A stretch of 12,109 nucleotides of DNA, from NCBI GenBank assembly GCA_027021705.1, contig JALUTT010000057.1, positions 1 through 12,109 of the forward strand. Reading direction: 5' to 3'. The notes under the pieces were generated by a model that saw only the letters and a list, made by a program, of their open reading frames with translations, was not told the DNA's origin and searched no databases. Below are positions 1 through 7,707 of this stretch, in pieces. A program made the position numbers and the translations under genes. How positions within the stretch are numbered: the first letter of the stretch is position 1; every line of letters starts with the position of its first letter. The stretch is from Anaerolineae bacterium. GTDB lineage: Bacteria > Chloroflexota > Anaerolineae > S140-20.

Positions 1-651
1 CTGCCGGCCTACCCGCTGGTGCTCTACCTGCTGCCGCCGGGGGAGGGGGTGCAACTGCCGGAGCGGTACCATCAGGAGTTTATGGGCTTGACGGCCCGTC
101 GGGACTTCCAGGTGGTGCGGGTGTGGGAGTTGGAGGCGGAGCGGGTGGTGGCGGCGGGGGTGGTGGGGCTGGTGCCCTTCGTGCCGCTGATGCGTGGGGC
201 GGACGAGGGGGTGATCCGGCGGGGGGTGGAGGTGTTGCGGGAGCGGGGGGTGGGGGAGGAAGTGGAAGCGGCGCTGGCCTTGTTCGCCAGCTTCGTGATG
301 GAGCCGGAGCAAGTGCGGCAGATTGTGAGGTGGGATATGGCGGTTCTGAAGGAATCCCCTTGGTACAGACAGATTCTGGAGGAGGGCCTTCAGCAGGGCC
401 TCCAGCAGGGCCTCCAACAGGGTCTCCAACAAGGGATCCTAGAAGGGCAGCGGGAAGCCATCCTGCACCTGCTGCGGGTGCGGTTTGACCCGACGGGGCC
501 GGCGTTGGAGCCCATCGCCAAAGGGCTGGCCGAGATCGAGGATGCCGGCTTGCTCCAAGACCTGCTGGTGGAGGCAATGCAGACGGAGAGCCTGGAGGCC
601 TTTCTGGAAAATCTATCGGGGCAGACGGCAGGGAATTCCCAAGGGTCGTGA
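1..651 (+). CDS. Rpn-family recombination-promoting nuclease/putative transposase (DUF2887/DUF4351-like), 5'-truncated by the window edge
   Basis: Frame is open from base 1 (LPAYPLVLYLLP...) to TGA 649-651. It has the typical Rpn C-terminal architecture: 'VVRVWEL...GLVPFVPLM', 'MAVLKESPWYRQILEEG', (LQQG)n repeats, 'EAILHLLRVRF', and a final 'L..L...A....SLE.F' helix. The catalytic N-terminus lies outside the window. Confidence 0.8.
   Translation: MPAYPLVLYLLPPGEGVQLPERYHQEFMGLTARRDFQVVRVWELEAERVVAAGVVGLVPFVPLMRGADEGVIRRGVEVLRERGVGEEVEAALALFASFVMEPEQVRQIVRWDMAVLKESPWYRQILEEGLQQGLQQGLQQGLQQGILEGQREAILHLLRVRFDPTGPALEPIAKGLAEIEDAGLLQDLLVEAMQTESLEAFLENLSGQTAGNSQGS
391..438 (+). repeat. In-frame 12-nt tandem repeat (4 copies) encoding QQGL/QQGI
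   Basis: cagcagggcctc cagcagggcctc caacagggtctc caacaagggatc. Confidence 0.9.
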
Positions 652-669
652 GGCGAGCCCACATTCCGC

Positions 670-1013
670 GTCAAGCTGGGCTGGAGCCACCGCCACACAG
701 CCGGCAACGGCTGGATCGCGCTGGCCATTGTCATCTTCGGAGGGTGGCACCCTATCCGGGTCGCTTTGGGAGCTTACCTTTTCGGCGGGCTCAAGTCGCT
801 GGCCAGCACCCTCCAACGGGTCTGGCCCCAGGTGCCCACCCAGGTCTTCCAGGTAGCTCCCTTTGCGCTGATGCTCCTGGCCCTGCTTCTGGTGAGCAGC
901 GACCTGCTGGACCGGCTCACCGCCCTACTGCCGCCCAGGATCGGGCGTCCTCTGCGCAACGCCCTGCGGGCTCACCGCCGGCAGCCTTGGGCACAGCTTT
1001 TGTCAAAGAATAG
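670..1013 (+). pseudogene. 5'-truncated, frameshifted remnant of a nucleoside/sugar ABC transporter permease (paralog of 6747..7703)
   Basis: Frame 1 reads VKLGWSHRHTAGNGWIALAIVIFGGWHPIRVALGAYLFGGLKSL...QVAPFALMLLALLLV. This aligns with 'LQGWAENITGGRGWIAIALVIFATWDPLRAVVGALLFGG...MMPYFFTILVLVII' of the intact permease. After a frame change at ~970-972 it continues SPPAALGTAFVKE-TAG(1011-1013), matching 'GAPAALGLPYMREEKG'. There is no start codon and no N-terminal two-thirds. Confidence 0.8.
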
Positions 1014-1212
1014 CCAGCCGTCCCCGGAGGAATGGGAAGATGACTGGCGGACCCGAAAAATGAGTTCCTTACCTATTAGCGCCTTGCCTCTCGAGCCAAA
1101 AGCACGATTCTTCTGAGGAGGTGATGCCCGACACCCCAAGCCCAATGCGCCAATCCGTCTCCGGTGTCCGTTTACCCCCAACCCCTGCCTGTACCACCAA
1201 AGGAGGAGTGAG

Positions 1213-2313
1213 ATGAACAAACGGATGGCTTCTCTTCTGACCCTGACCATCGTAGCGGTGCTGCTGCTCACCGCCTGCGGCGGTGGCGCAGCCCAGAAGC
1301 CCGCCGAGAAGCTCAAGGTCGCCTTCATCTACATCGGCCAGCCCGGCGACCTGGGCTGGACCTACGAGCACGACCGGGGCCGCAAGATGCTCGAGGAGGA
1401 ACTGGGCGACAAGGTGGAGACCATCGTCGTGATGGACGTCCCCGAAGGCCCGGACTCCGAGAAGGCGATGCGGGACCTTATCCAGCAGGGGGCTAAGGTG
1501 ATCTTCGCCACCAGCTTCGGCTACATGGACCCGATGCTCACCGTGGCCAAGGAGAACCCCGACGTCATCTTCGAACACTGCTCCGGTTACAAGACCGCCG
1601 ACAACATGGCCACCTACTTCGGGCGGATGTACCAGCCCCGCTACCTGTCGGGCCTGGTGGCCGGCAAGATGACCCAGAACGGCTTCATCGGTTACGTCGC
1701 CGCCCACCCCATCCCCGAGGTGATCCGAGGGATCAACGCCTTCACCCTGGGCGTGCGCAAGGTGAACCCCAACGCCGAGGTCCGCGTCGTCTGGACCAAC
1801 ACCTGGTACGACCCGGTGAAGGAGCGGGAGGCAGCCGAGGCGCTGTTGGATGAAGGAGCCGACATCATCGCTCAGCACCAGGACACCACGGAGCCCCAGA
1901 AGGCGGCCAAGGAACGGGGCAAGCTGAGCATCGGCTACGACTCCGACATGTCCAAGTTCGTCGGCGACACCGTCCTCACCAGCCCCGTCTGGAACTGGGG
2001 GAAGTACTACGTTCAGACGGTCAAAGAGGTGCTCAACGGCACCTGGAAGAGCCACCAGTACTGGGGCGGGATGAAGGACGGGGTGGTGGACCTGGCCCCC
2101 TTGAGCCCCAAGGTGCCCGATGATGTCAAGAAACTCGTCGAGCAGGAGAAGCAGCGCATCCTCAGCGGCGAGTGGGACGTCTTCTGCGGCCCCATCAAGG
2201 ACCAGGACGGCAACGTCCGGGTGCCCGAAGGGGAGTGCATGAGCGACGGCGATATGCTGAGCATGGACTGGTTCGTCGAAGGGGTGGTCGGGACCATCCC
2301 CACCGGCGGCTAG
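1213..2313 (+). CDS. BMP-family (PnrA/TmpC-like) ABC transporter substrate-binding lipoprotein, probably purine nucleoside-binding
   Basis: SD AGGAGG at 1201-1206. Signal peptide with lipobox LLTAC. Motifs 'KVAFIY.G...DLGWTYEHDRGR', 'IFATSFGY', 'YLSGLVAG', 'IPEVIRGINAFTLG', 'WYDP.KE.EAA', 'GADIIAQHQD'. Confidence 0.93.
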   Translation: MNKRMASLLTLTIVAVLLLTACGGGAAQKPAEKLKVAFIYIGQPGDLGWTYEHDRGRKMLEEELGDKVETIVVMDVPEGPDSEKAMRDLIQQGAKVIFATSFGYMDPMLTVAKENPDVIFEHCSGYKTADNMATYFGRMYQPRYLSGLVAGKMTQNGFIGYVAAHPIPEVIRGINAFTLGVRKVNPNAEVRVVWTNTWYDPVKEREAAEALLDEGADIIAQHQDTTEPQKAAKERGKLSIGYDSDMSKFVGDTVLTSPVWNWGKYYVQTVKEVLNGTWKSHQYWGGMKDGVVDLAPLSPKVPDDVKKLVEQEKQRILSGEWDVFCGPIKDQDGNVRVPEGECMSDGDMLSMDWFVEGVVGTIPTGG

Positions 2314-2331
2314 CCATCCCCAACGCGCCGT

Positions 2332-2364
2332 GCCCCCTCTCCGGCAGCTCACCGGAGAGGGGGC
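2332..2364 (+). terminator. Strong GC stem-loop after the lipoprotein gene (mRNA-stabilising hairpin or partial terminator)
   Basis: gccccctctccgg-cagctca-ccggagagggggc is a perfect 13-bp stem with a 7-nt loop and no U-tract. Confidence 0.55.
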
Positions 2365-2381
2365 CGGCCGGAGGAGCCGGT

Positions 2382-2882
2382 ATGCCCGACGACCTCAACG
2401 CGATTCTGTACGAGCTCGCCCAACGCTATACCGAACTGGCCCTCGAACTGCTGGGGGAGCAGCTGACCTCCGTGGCTCTGTACGGGTCCGTAGCCCGGGG
2501 GCAGGCCGGTCCTGCCTCCGACATAGACCTCTTCGTTGTGCTCAGAGAAGCGCCTCGAGGGGCCTTGCGGCGTCGTGCCCTCCTGGAACCTGTCCGACAG
2601 CAACTGACCGCCGACCTGGAACCTCTGTGGGACCGGGGGATTTACACCGACTTCGTGGAAGTCATCCGTAGCGAAGAGGAGGCCCGCCGTTTTCATCCCC
2701 TCTATCTGGATATGACGCTGGAGGCCGAACTGCTCTACGACCGAGATGGATTCCTGGCCGGAGTGCTGGATGGGGTCCGGCAGCGGCTGAAGGCTCTGGG
2801 GGCTCGACGCCTCTCCCTGGGCCGGATCCACTACTGGGACCTCAAGCCCACCCTTCGACCCGGCGAGGCGGTTGAGCTGTGA
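2382..2882 (+). CDS. Minimal nucleotidyltransferase (MNT) domain protein, putative antitoxin of an MNT-HEPN pair (166 aa)
   Basis: SD GGAGGA at 2370-2375, ATG at 2382 (the ORF-track start at 2172 overlaps the lipoprotein gene and is unlikely). GSX10DXD motif: YGSVARGQAGPASDIDLFVV. C-terminal 'LLYDRDGFL'. Confidence 0.88.
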   Translation: MPDDLNAILYELAQRYTELALELLGEQLTSVALYGSVARGQAGPASDIDLFVVLREAPRGALRRRALLEPVRQQLTADLEPLWDRGIYTDFVEVIRSEEEARRFHPLYLDMTLEAELLYDRDGFLAGVLDGVRQRLKALGARRLSLGRIHYWDLKPTLRPGEAVEL

Positions 2883-3304
2883 ATACCCTTGAAACTGCCC
2901 GATACGGGCTGAACCGGGCGACGATTATCCTGGAAGAGGCGCACCGCCTGGAGGAACGGGGCGTGTGGAACCTGGCAGTACGCCGCTGCCAGGAGTCAGT
3001 AGAGCTGGCTCTTAAGGCAATCCTGCTATGGGCGGGTGTTGAGGTACCCCGGGTGCACGATGTCGGGCCTGTTCTCCGACGTCATCAAGCACGTTTTGCT
3101 GGGCCGTTTCGTGAACAGATTCCCCGTCTGGCCTCGATCTCACGATCACTGCGGGCCGAACGTGAGATCAGCTTCTATGGCGATGAGCAGAGCGGCGTAC
3201 CGCCCGAAACGCTTTATACCCGCGAGGACGCACGGGATGCCCTAGCCAAAGCGCACGAAGTGCTCGATGCCTGCAAAGCCTTGATTGCGTCAGCAGAGGG
3301 ATAA
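2879..3304 (+). CDS. HEPN domain protein (COG2250-like), putative toxin partner of the MNT
   Basis: GTG start overlaps the MNT stop (GTGA). Motifs 'AVRRCQESVELALKA', 'PRVHDV', 'EREISFYGD', 'YTREDA..AL..A'. 141 aa, directly downstream of an MNT. Confidence 0.88.
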   Translation: MNTLETARYGLNRATIILEEAHRLEERGVWNLAVRRCQESVELALKAILLWAGVEVPRVHDVGPVLRRHQARFAGPFREQIPRLASISRSLRAEREISFYGDEQSGVPPETLYTREDARDALAKAHEVLDACKALIASAEG

Positions 3305-3309
3305 GAGCA

Positions 3310-4833
3310 ATGAGCCCTGATCCTTCGGACCTTCCTGCCGTCCAGATGCGGGGGATCACCAAACGGTTTCCCGGCGTCTTGGCCAACGACCACGTGGACC
3401 TGGATGTCTACCCCGGCGAGGTGCTGGCCCTGCTGGGGGAAAACGGGGCCGGCAAGAGCACCCTGATGAACATCCTCTCCGGCCTCTACCGGCCCGACGA
3501 GGGCCAGATCATCATCCACGGCCGGCCCATCCACCTGCGCTCCCCTCGGGACGCCATCGCTCACGGCATCGGTATGGTCCACCAACACTTTATGCTGGTC
3601 GAAAGCCTCACCGTGGCCGAGAACGTCGTCCTGGGTCTCGACTCCACCGGCTTCGTCCTGAACCTGAAGCAGGTGGGCGAGGAGTTGGCCGCCCTCGCCG
3701 CCCGCTACGGCCTGCCCGTGGACCCCGATGCCTACATCTGGCAACTCTCCGTCGGGGAGCAGCAACGGGTGGAGATCCTGAAGCTCCTCTACCGGGGGGC
3801 CGACGTGCTGATCCTGGACGAGCCCACAGCGGTCCTGACGCCCCAGGAGGCAGCCGACCTGGCGACCACGCTGCGTCAGATGGCCGACGAAGGTAAGGCG
3901 GTCATCTTCATCACCCACAAGCTGGACGAGGTGATGGCCTTCGCCGACCGGGTGACGGTGCTGCGGGCCGGCCGCGTCGTCGCCACCCTCCCCACCCAAG
4001 AGACCACCAAGGCGGAACTGGCCCGGCTGATGGTCGGACGGGAAGTCCTCTTCCACCTGAGCAAGAAGGCCCGCCGGCCTGGCCGGGTAGCCCTGGAGGT
4101 GGAGGACCTGGAGGCGCTGAACGACAAGGGGCTGCCCGCGCTGCGGGGCATCTCCTTCACCATCCACGAGGGGGAGATCCTGGGGATCGCCGGTGTCGCC
4201 GGCAACGGGCAGCGGGAGCTGGCCGAGGTGATCACCGGACTGCGACCGGCCACCCGGGGCCACGTCCGCGTCTACGGTCGGGAGATCACCAACAGCTCCC
4301 CCCGCCAGGCCATCGAGGCCGGCATCAGCCACATCCCCGGTGACCGGTTGGGGATGGGCCTGGTGCCCAACCTCCCCGTCTCCGACAACCTGGCGATGAA
4401 AGCTTACCGCCGTCCCCCCCTGGCCCGAGGCCCGATCCTGGACCAGCAGGCGCTCTACCGGTTCGCTCGACGGCTCATCGAAGCTTTCCGCATCGTCACC
4501 CCCGGCCCGGAGACGCCGGTCAAGCTGCTCTCGGGGGGAAACCAGCAGCGGGCCGTCCTGGCCCGGGAGATCACCGCCGGTCGGGGCATCCTCATCGCCG
4601 TCCACCCCACCCGGGGGCTGGACGTGGGGGCGACCGAGTCGGTGCGCCGCACCTTGTTGGAACAACGGGACCAGGGCGCGGCCATCCTCCTCATCTCTGA
4701 GGACCTGGACGAACTGCTCCAGCTTGCCGACCGCATCGCCGTCCTCTTCGAGGGGCGGATCATGGGGATCGTCCCCGCCGAGGAAGCGGACACCGAGCGA
4801 CTCGGGTTGATGATGGCCGGTCAGGTGGTATAA
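3310..4833 (+). CDS. Nucleoside/sugar ABC transporter ATP-binding protein (two fused NBDs)
   Basis: Walker A GENGAGKS, 'GMVHQHF', signature LSVGEQQR, Walker B LILDEPT, 'ITHKL'. Second NBD has GVAGNGQRE, LSGGNQQR and 'PTRGLDVGA'. The start could alternatively be ATG 3346. Confidence 0.95.
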   Translation: MSPDPSDLPAVQMRGITKRFPGVLANDHVDLDVYPGEVLALLGENGAGKSTLMNILSGLYRPDEGQIIIHGRPIHLRSPRDAIAHGIGMVHQHFMLVESLTVAENVVLGLDSTGFVLNLKQVGEELAALAARYGLPVDPDAYIWQLSVGEQQRVEILKLLYRGADVLILDEPTAVLTPQEAADLATTLRQMADEGKAVIFITHKLDEVMAFADRVTVLRAGRVVATLPTQETTKAELARLMVGREVLFHLSKKARRPGRVALEVEDLEALNDKGLPALRGISFTIHEGEILGIAGVAGNGQRELAEVITGLRPATRGHVRVYGREITNSSPRQAIEAGISHIPGDRLGMGLVPNLPVSDNLAMKAYRRPPLARGPILDQQALYRFARRLIEAFRIVTPGPETPVKLLSGGNQQRAVLAREITAGRGILIAVHPTRGLDVGATESVRRTLLEQRDQGAAILLISEDLDELLQLADRIAVLFEGRIMGIVPAEEADTERLGLMMAGQVV

Positions 4834-4840
4834 TCTGACC
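4807..4840 (+). promoter_or_regulatory. Putative sigma70-type internal promoter with overlapping palindromic operator, upstream of the Phd-PIN pair
   Basis: TTGATG (4807-4812), 16-nt spacer, extended -10 TGgTATAAT (4826-4834). The inverted repeat GGTCAG (4819-4824)/CTGACC (4835-4840) brackets the -10 box. Confidence 0.6.
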
Positions 4841-4923
4841 ACGATGGAATCAGGCAGCCCCTCCCTTCGCCCTAGAGAGTACAGGGCTCAGCGGGAAGGC
4901 CGATTAACCGTAAGGAGGCGAAA

Positions 4924-5214
4924 ATGCCCCGGGTCGGGATACGAGATCTTCAGGACCAGACTCCGAGGATCGTCCAGGATGTGTACAAAAACAGGACCAG
5001 GTATGTGATTCTCCACCACGGCCGGCCGGTGGCGGTGTTGATTCCGGTACCTGTAGAGGAAGAGCCGTCAGAGCCAAGGGCCTTGCCGACGGGTGAACAG
5101 GCCGCATCGGGGGACAACGGTTGGGCTGAGATGGAAGCCTTGCGGGAGGAAATCGGCCGGAGTTGGCGGTCAGAGAAGACGGCCGTCGAGCTCATATCCG
5201 AACAACGGCGCTGA
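4924..5214 (+). CDS. Phd/YefM-family antitoxin
   Basis: SD AAGGAGG at 4912-4918. N-terminus MPRVGIRDLQDQTPRIVQDV....RYVILHHGRPVAVLIPV is the Phd/YefM pattern. C-terminal 'SEKTAVELISEQRR' is typical of antitoxins paired with PIN toxins. Confidence 0.88.
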   Translation: MPRVGIRDLQDQTPRIVQDVYKNRTRYVILHHGRPVAVLIPVPVEEEPSEPRALPTGEQAASGDNGWAEMEALREEIGRSWRSEKTAVELISEQRR

Positions 5215-5224
5215 CCAACAAACG

Positions 5225-5665
5225 ATGTACATCCTCGATGCCAGTGTCTATGTGGCCGATGCTCGTCCCCAGGAGCCTCACCACGCTGAGGCTCATGCCC
5301 TGCTGGCCTGGGTGGTCACCGAAGGGCAAGATGTCTACCTTCCAGTCATCGCTCTCGCCGAAGTGGCAGCCGCCATCTCGCGCGGCACCGGACAACCCGC
5401 TCTGGCTATGCGCTGGATAGCGGCTATACAACGTATTCCCGGTATCCAACTCAATCCTATAGACGAAACCTTGGCCCGACTGGCAGCGGACCTCGCAGCT
5501 CATTACCGAATTCGTGGCTGTGATGCGGTCTACGTAGCCCTGGCTCGGCAGCGCAAAGCCACACTGGTCACGTTAGATCGCCAGCAGAGGGACCGCGTAC
5601 CGCCCGACGTCACGGCCCGCACGCCTGCCGAAGAGTTGGCCCTGATAAAAGGAGGCCAAGGGTGA
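5225..5665 (+). CDS. vapC: PIN-domain VapC-family toxin (146 aa)
   Basis: ATG at 5225, 10 nt after the antitoxin stop. PIN acidic motifs 'YILDASV', 'LAEVAAA', 'IRGCDAVYVALA', 'LVTLD'. Confidence 0.88.
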   Translation: MYILDASVYVADARPQEPHHAEAHALLAWVVTEGQDVYLPVIALAEVAAAISRGTGQPALAMRWIAAIQRIPGIQLNPIDETLARLAADLAAHYRIRGCDAVYVALARQRKATLVTLDRQQRDRVPPDVTARTPAEELALIKGGQG

Positions 5666-6750
5666 TCCTGATCTTTGAGAAGCGCCTGACCCGTTCCCGG
5701 CGGGCTGCCCTGCTGGTGCCCATCCTCTCCTTCGTTCTGGCCCTCGCCTTCGGCGGCCTGATCCTGATCGCTTTTGGCATCAATCCGCTGCGGGCCTACC
5801 GGGTGATGGTCCAGGGTTCCCTGGGCAGCCGCTACGCCCTCACCGAGACCCTGGTCAAGGCGATCCCCCTGATGCTGACGGGGCTGGGGGTGGCCATCGC
5901 CTTCCGCATGCTCTTCTGGAACATCGGGGCCGAGGGCCAATTGGCGATGGGGGGAATCGCCGCCGCCTACGTCGCCCTCTTCCTGAGCGACCGGCTGCCC
6001 GCCTTCCTGGTGCTGCCCCTGATGTTCCTCCTGGCCCTCCTGGCCGGCGCCCTCTGGGGCCTTATCCCCGCCCTGCTCAAAGCCTACATCGGCGTCAACG
6101 AGATCCTCACCACGCTGATGATGAACTACATCGCCATCCTGCTGGTGGAGTACCTCTACCTGGGGCCGTGGCGGGACCCCGAGGGTTACGGCTTCCCTGG
6201 CACCGCCCCCTTCCCCGAGTCCGCCTGGCTCCCCCGGCTGACCGGACGGGTCCACGCCGGCCTCCTCTTCGCCCTCCTGGCCGCGCTGCTGCTCTGGTTT
6301 ATCCTTAACCGCACCCGCTGGGGCTACGAGATCCGGGTCATCGGCGAGAACCCCAGGGCCGCCCGCTACACCGGCATCAGCATCGCCCGCAACATCCTCC
6401 TGGTGATGCTCCTCTCCGGCGGGTTGGCCGGGATCGCCGGGATGGCGGAGGTGGCCGGCATCGCCCGCCGCCTCTACCACGGCCTCACCGTCGGTTACGG
6501 CTACACCGCCATCATCGTCGCCTGGCTGGCCAACCTCAACCCCTGGGGCGTGCTCCTGGTAGGCTTCCTGATGGGTGCCCTGCTGGTGGGCGGTGACCAA
6601 CTCCAGATCGCTATGCAACTGCCGGCCGCCGTCGCCCTCATCCTCCAGGGAGCCATCCTCTTCTTCGTCCTGGGCGGGTCCATCTTCGTCAACTACCGTA
6701 TCCGGCTGATCCGAGAAACCCACGAACCCTCACAGCCCGTGACCCAATGA
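5662..6750 (+). CDS. Nucleoside ABC transporter permease 1
   Basis: GTG overlaps the PIN stop; SD AAAGGAGG at 5648-5655. Multiple TM segments; motifs 'WNIGAEGQ', 'VNEILTTLMMNYIA', 'GYEIRVIGENPRAARYTGI', 'SGGLAGIAG', 'GYGYTAIIVAWLA'. Confidence 0.93.
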   Translation: MILIFEKRLTRSRRAALLVPILSFVLALAFGGLILIAFGINPLRAYRVMVQGSLGSRYALTETLVKAIPLMLTGLGVAIAFRMLFWNIGAEGQLAMGGIAAAYVALFLSDRLPAFLVLPLMFLLALLAGALWGLIPALLKAYIGVNEILTTLMMNYIAILLVEYLYLGPWRDPEGYGFPGTAPFPESAWLPRLTGRVHAGLLFALLAALLLWFILNRTRWGYEIRVIGENPRAARYTGISIARNILLVMLLSGGLAGIAGMAEVAGIARRLYHGLTVGYGYTAIIVAWLANLNPWGVLLVGFLMGALLVGGDQLQIAMQLPAAVALILQGAILFFVLGGSIFVNYRIRLIRETHEPSQPVTQ

Positions 6751-7703
6751 ACGAAGCGCTGATTGCCTCCATCCTGAGCATCACCATCCGGGCCGGTACC
6801 TCGCTCCTCTACGCCACCCTGGGCGAGATCTACACCGAGCGGGCCGGCGTCCTCAACCTGGGCGTCGAAGGCATTATGATGGTCAGCGCCGCCACCGCCT
6901 TCGCCGTCGCCTACCACAGCGGCAGCGCCTGGCTGGGTCTGATGGCCGCCCTGGCCGCCGGAGCGCTCCTGGCCCTCCTCCACGCCTTCCTGGCCGTCAC
7001 CATGCGGGCCGATCAGGTCGTCAGCGGCCTGGCCCTCACCCTCTTCGGCACCGGCCTGGCCAGCTTCATGGGCCAGCGGCTGGGCCCCGGCGGCACCACG
7101 ATGGTCGGCCTACAGGGCCCCAGCTTCCAGCGCACCCCTCTGCCCCTGCTGGGCGACCTGCCCGTCGTGGGCCGCTCCCTCTTCCAACAGGACATTCTCA
7201 CCTACGGCCTCTACCTGCTGGTTCCCCTGCTCTGGTTCTACCTCTACAGAACCCAACCCGGCCTCCACCTGCGGGCGGTGGGGGAGAGCCCCCAGACGGC
7301 CGACGCGATGGGCGTCAACGTCATCGGCACCCGCTACCTCTACACCGTCTTCGGCGGCGTGTTGATGGGGCTGGGCGGTGCCCACCTCTCCCTGGGCTAC
7401 CTCCAGGGCTGGGCGGAGAACATCACCGGCGGTCGTGGCTGGATCGCCATCGCCCTGGTCATCTTCGCCACTTGGGACCCTCTGCGGGCCGTCGTCGGAG
7501 CCCTCCTCTTCGGCGGCATCAACGCCATCCAGTTCCGAATGCAGGCTGCCGGCACCACCATCCCGGCCTCCTTCCTGAACATGATGCCCTACTTCTTCAC
7601 CATCCTTGTCCTGGTCATCATCACCTGGTGGGAGGCGGTGCGCAAGCGGGTGGGAGCTCCGGCGGCGCTGGGACTGCCCTATATGCGGGAGGAGAAGGGA
7701 TAG
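6747..7703 (+). CDS. Nucleoside ABC transporter permease 2
   Basis: ATGA overlap with permease 1. Motifs 'LGEIYTERAGVLNLGVEGIM', 'ADQVVSGLAL', 'GLHLRAVGESP..AD.MGVNV', 'GRGWIAIALVIF', 'PAALGLPY'. Confidence 0.93.
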   Translation: MNEALIASILSITIRAGTSLLYATLGEIYTERAGVLNLGVEGIMMVSAATAFAVAYHSGSAWLGLMAALAAGALLALLHAFLAVTMRADQVVSGLALTLFGTGLASFMGQRLGPGGTTMVGLQGPSFQRTPLPLLGDLPVVGRSLFQQDILTYGLYLLVPLLWFYLYRTQPGLHLRAVGESPQTADAMGVNVIGTRYLYTVFGGVLMGLGGAHLSLGYLQGWAENITGGRGWIAIALVIFATWDPLRAVVGALLFGGINAIQFRMQAAGTTIPASFLNMMPYFFTILVLVIITWWEAVRKRVGAPAALGLPYMREEKG

Positions 7704-7707
7704 GAGG

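Noticed and set aside
649..1116. Stop read-through or selenocysteine fusion of Rpn to the permease remnant; 116-aa ORF 766..1116
   Set aside because: Being in frame is a 1-in-3 coincidence, and the Rpn C-terminus looks complete. ORF 766..1116 is just the pseudogene frame running past its frameshift.
1014..1212. Purine riboswitch upstream of the nucleoside-binding lipoprotein
   Set aside because: The conserved aptamer core (UAUAA...GUUUCUAC...CCGUAAA) is not seen.
4530..4630. Degenerate Walker motifs in the second NBD (IAVHPTRG instead of DEPTRG)
   Set aside because: A degenerate second NBD is normal for this fused carbohydrate/nucleoside ABC ATPase family.
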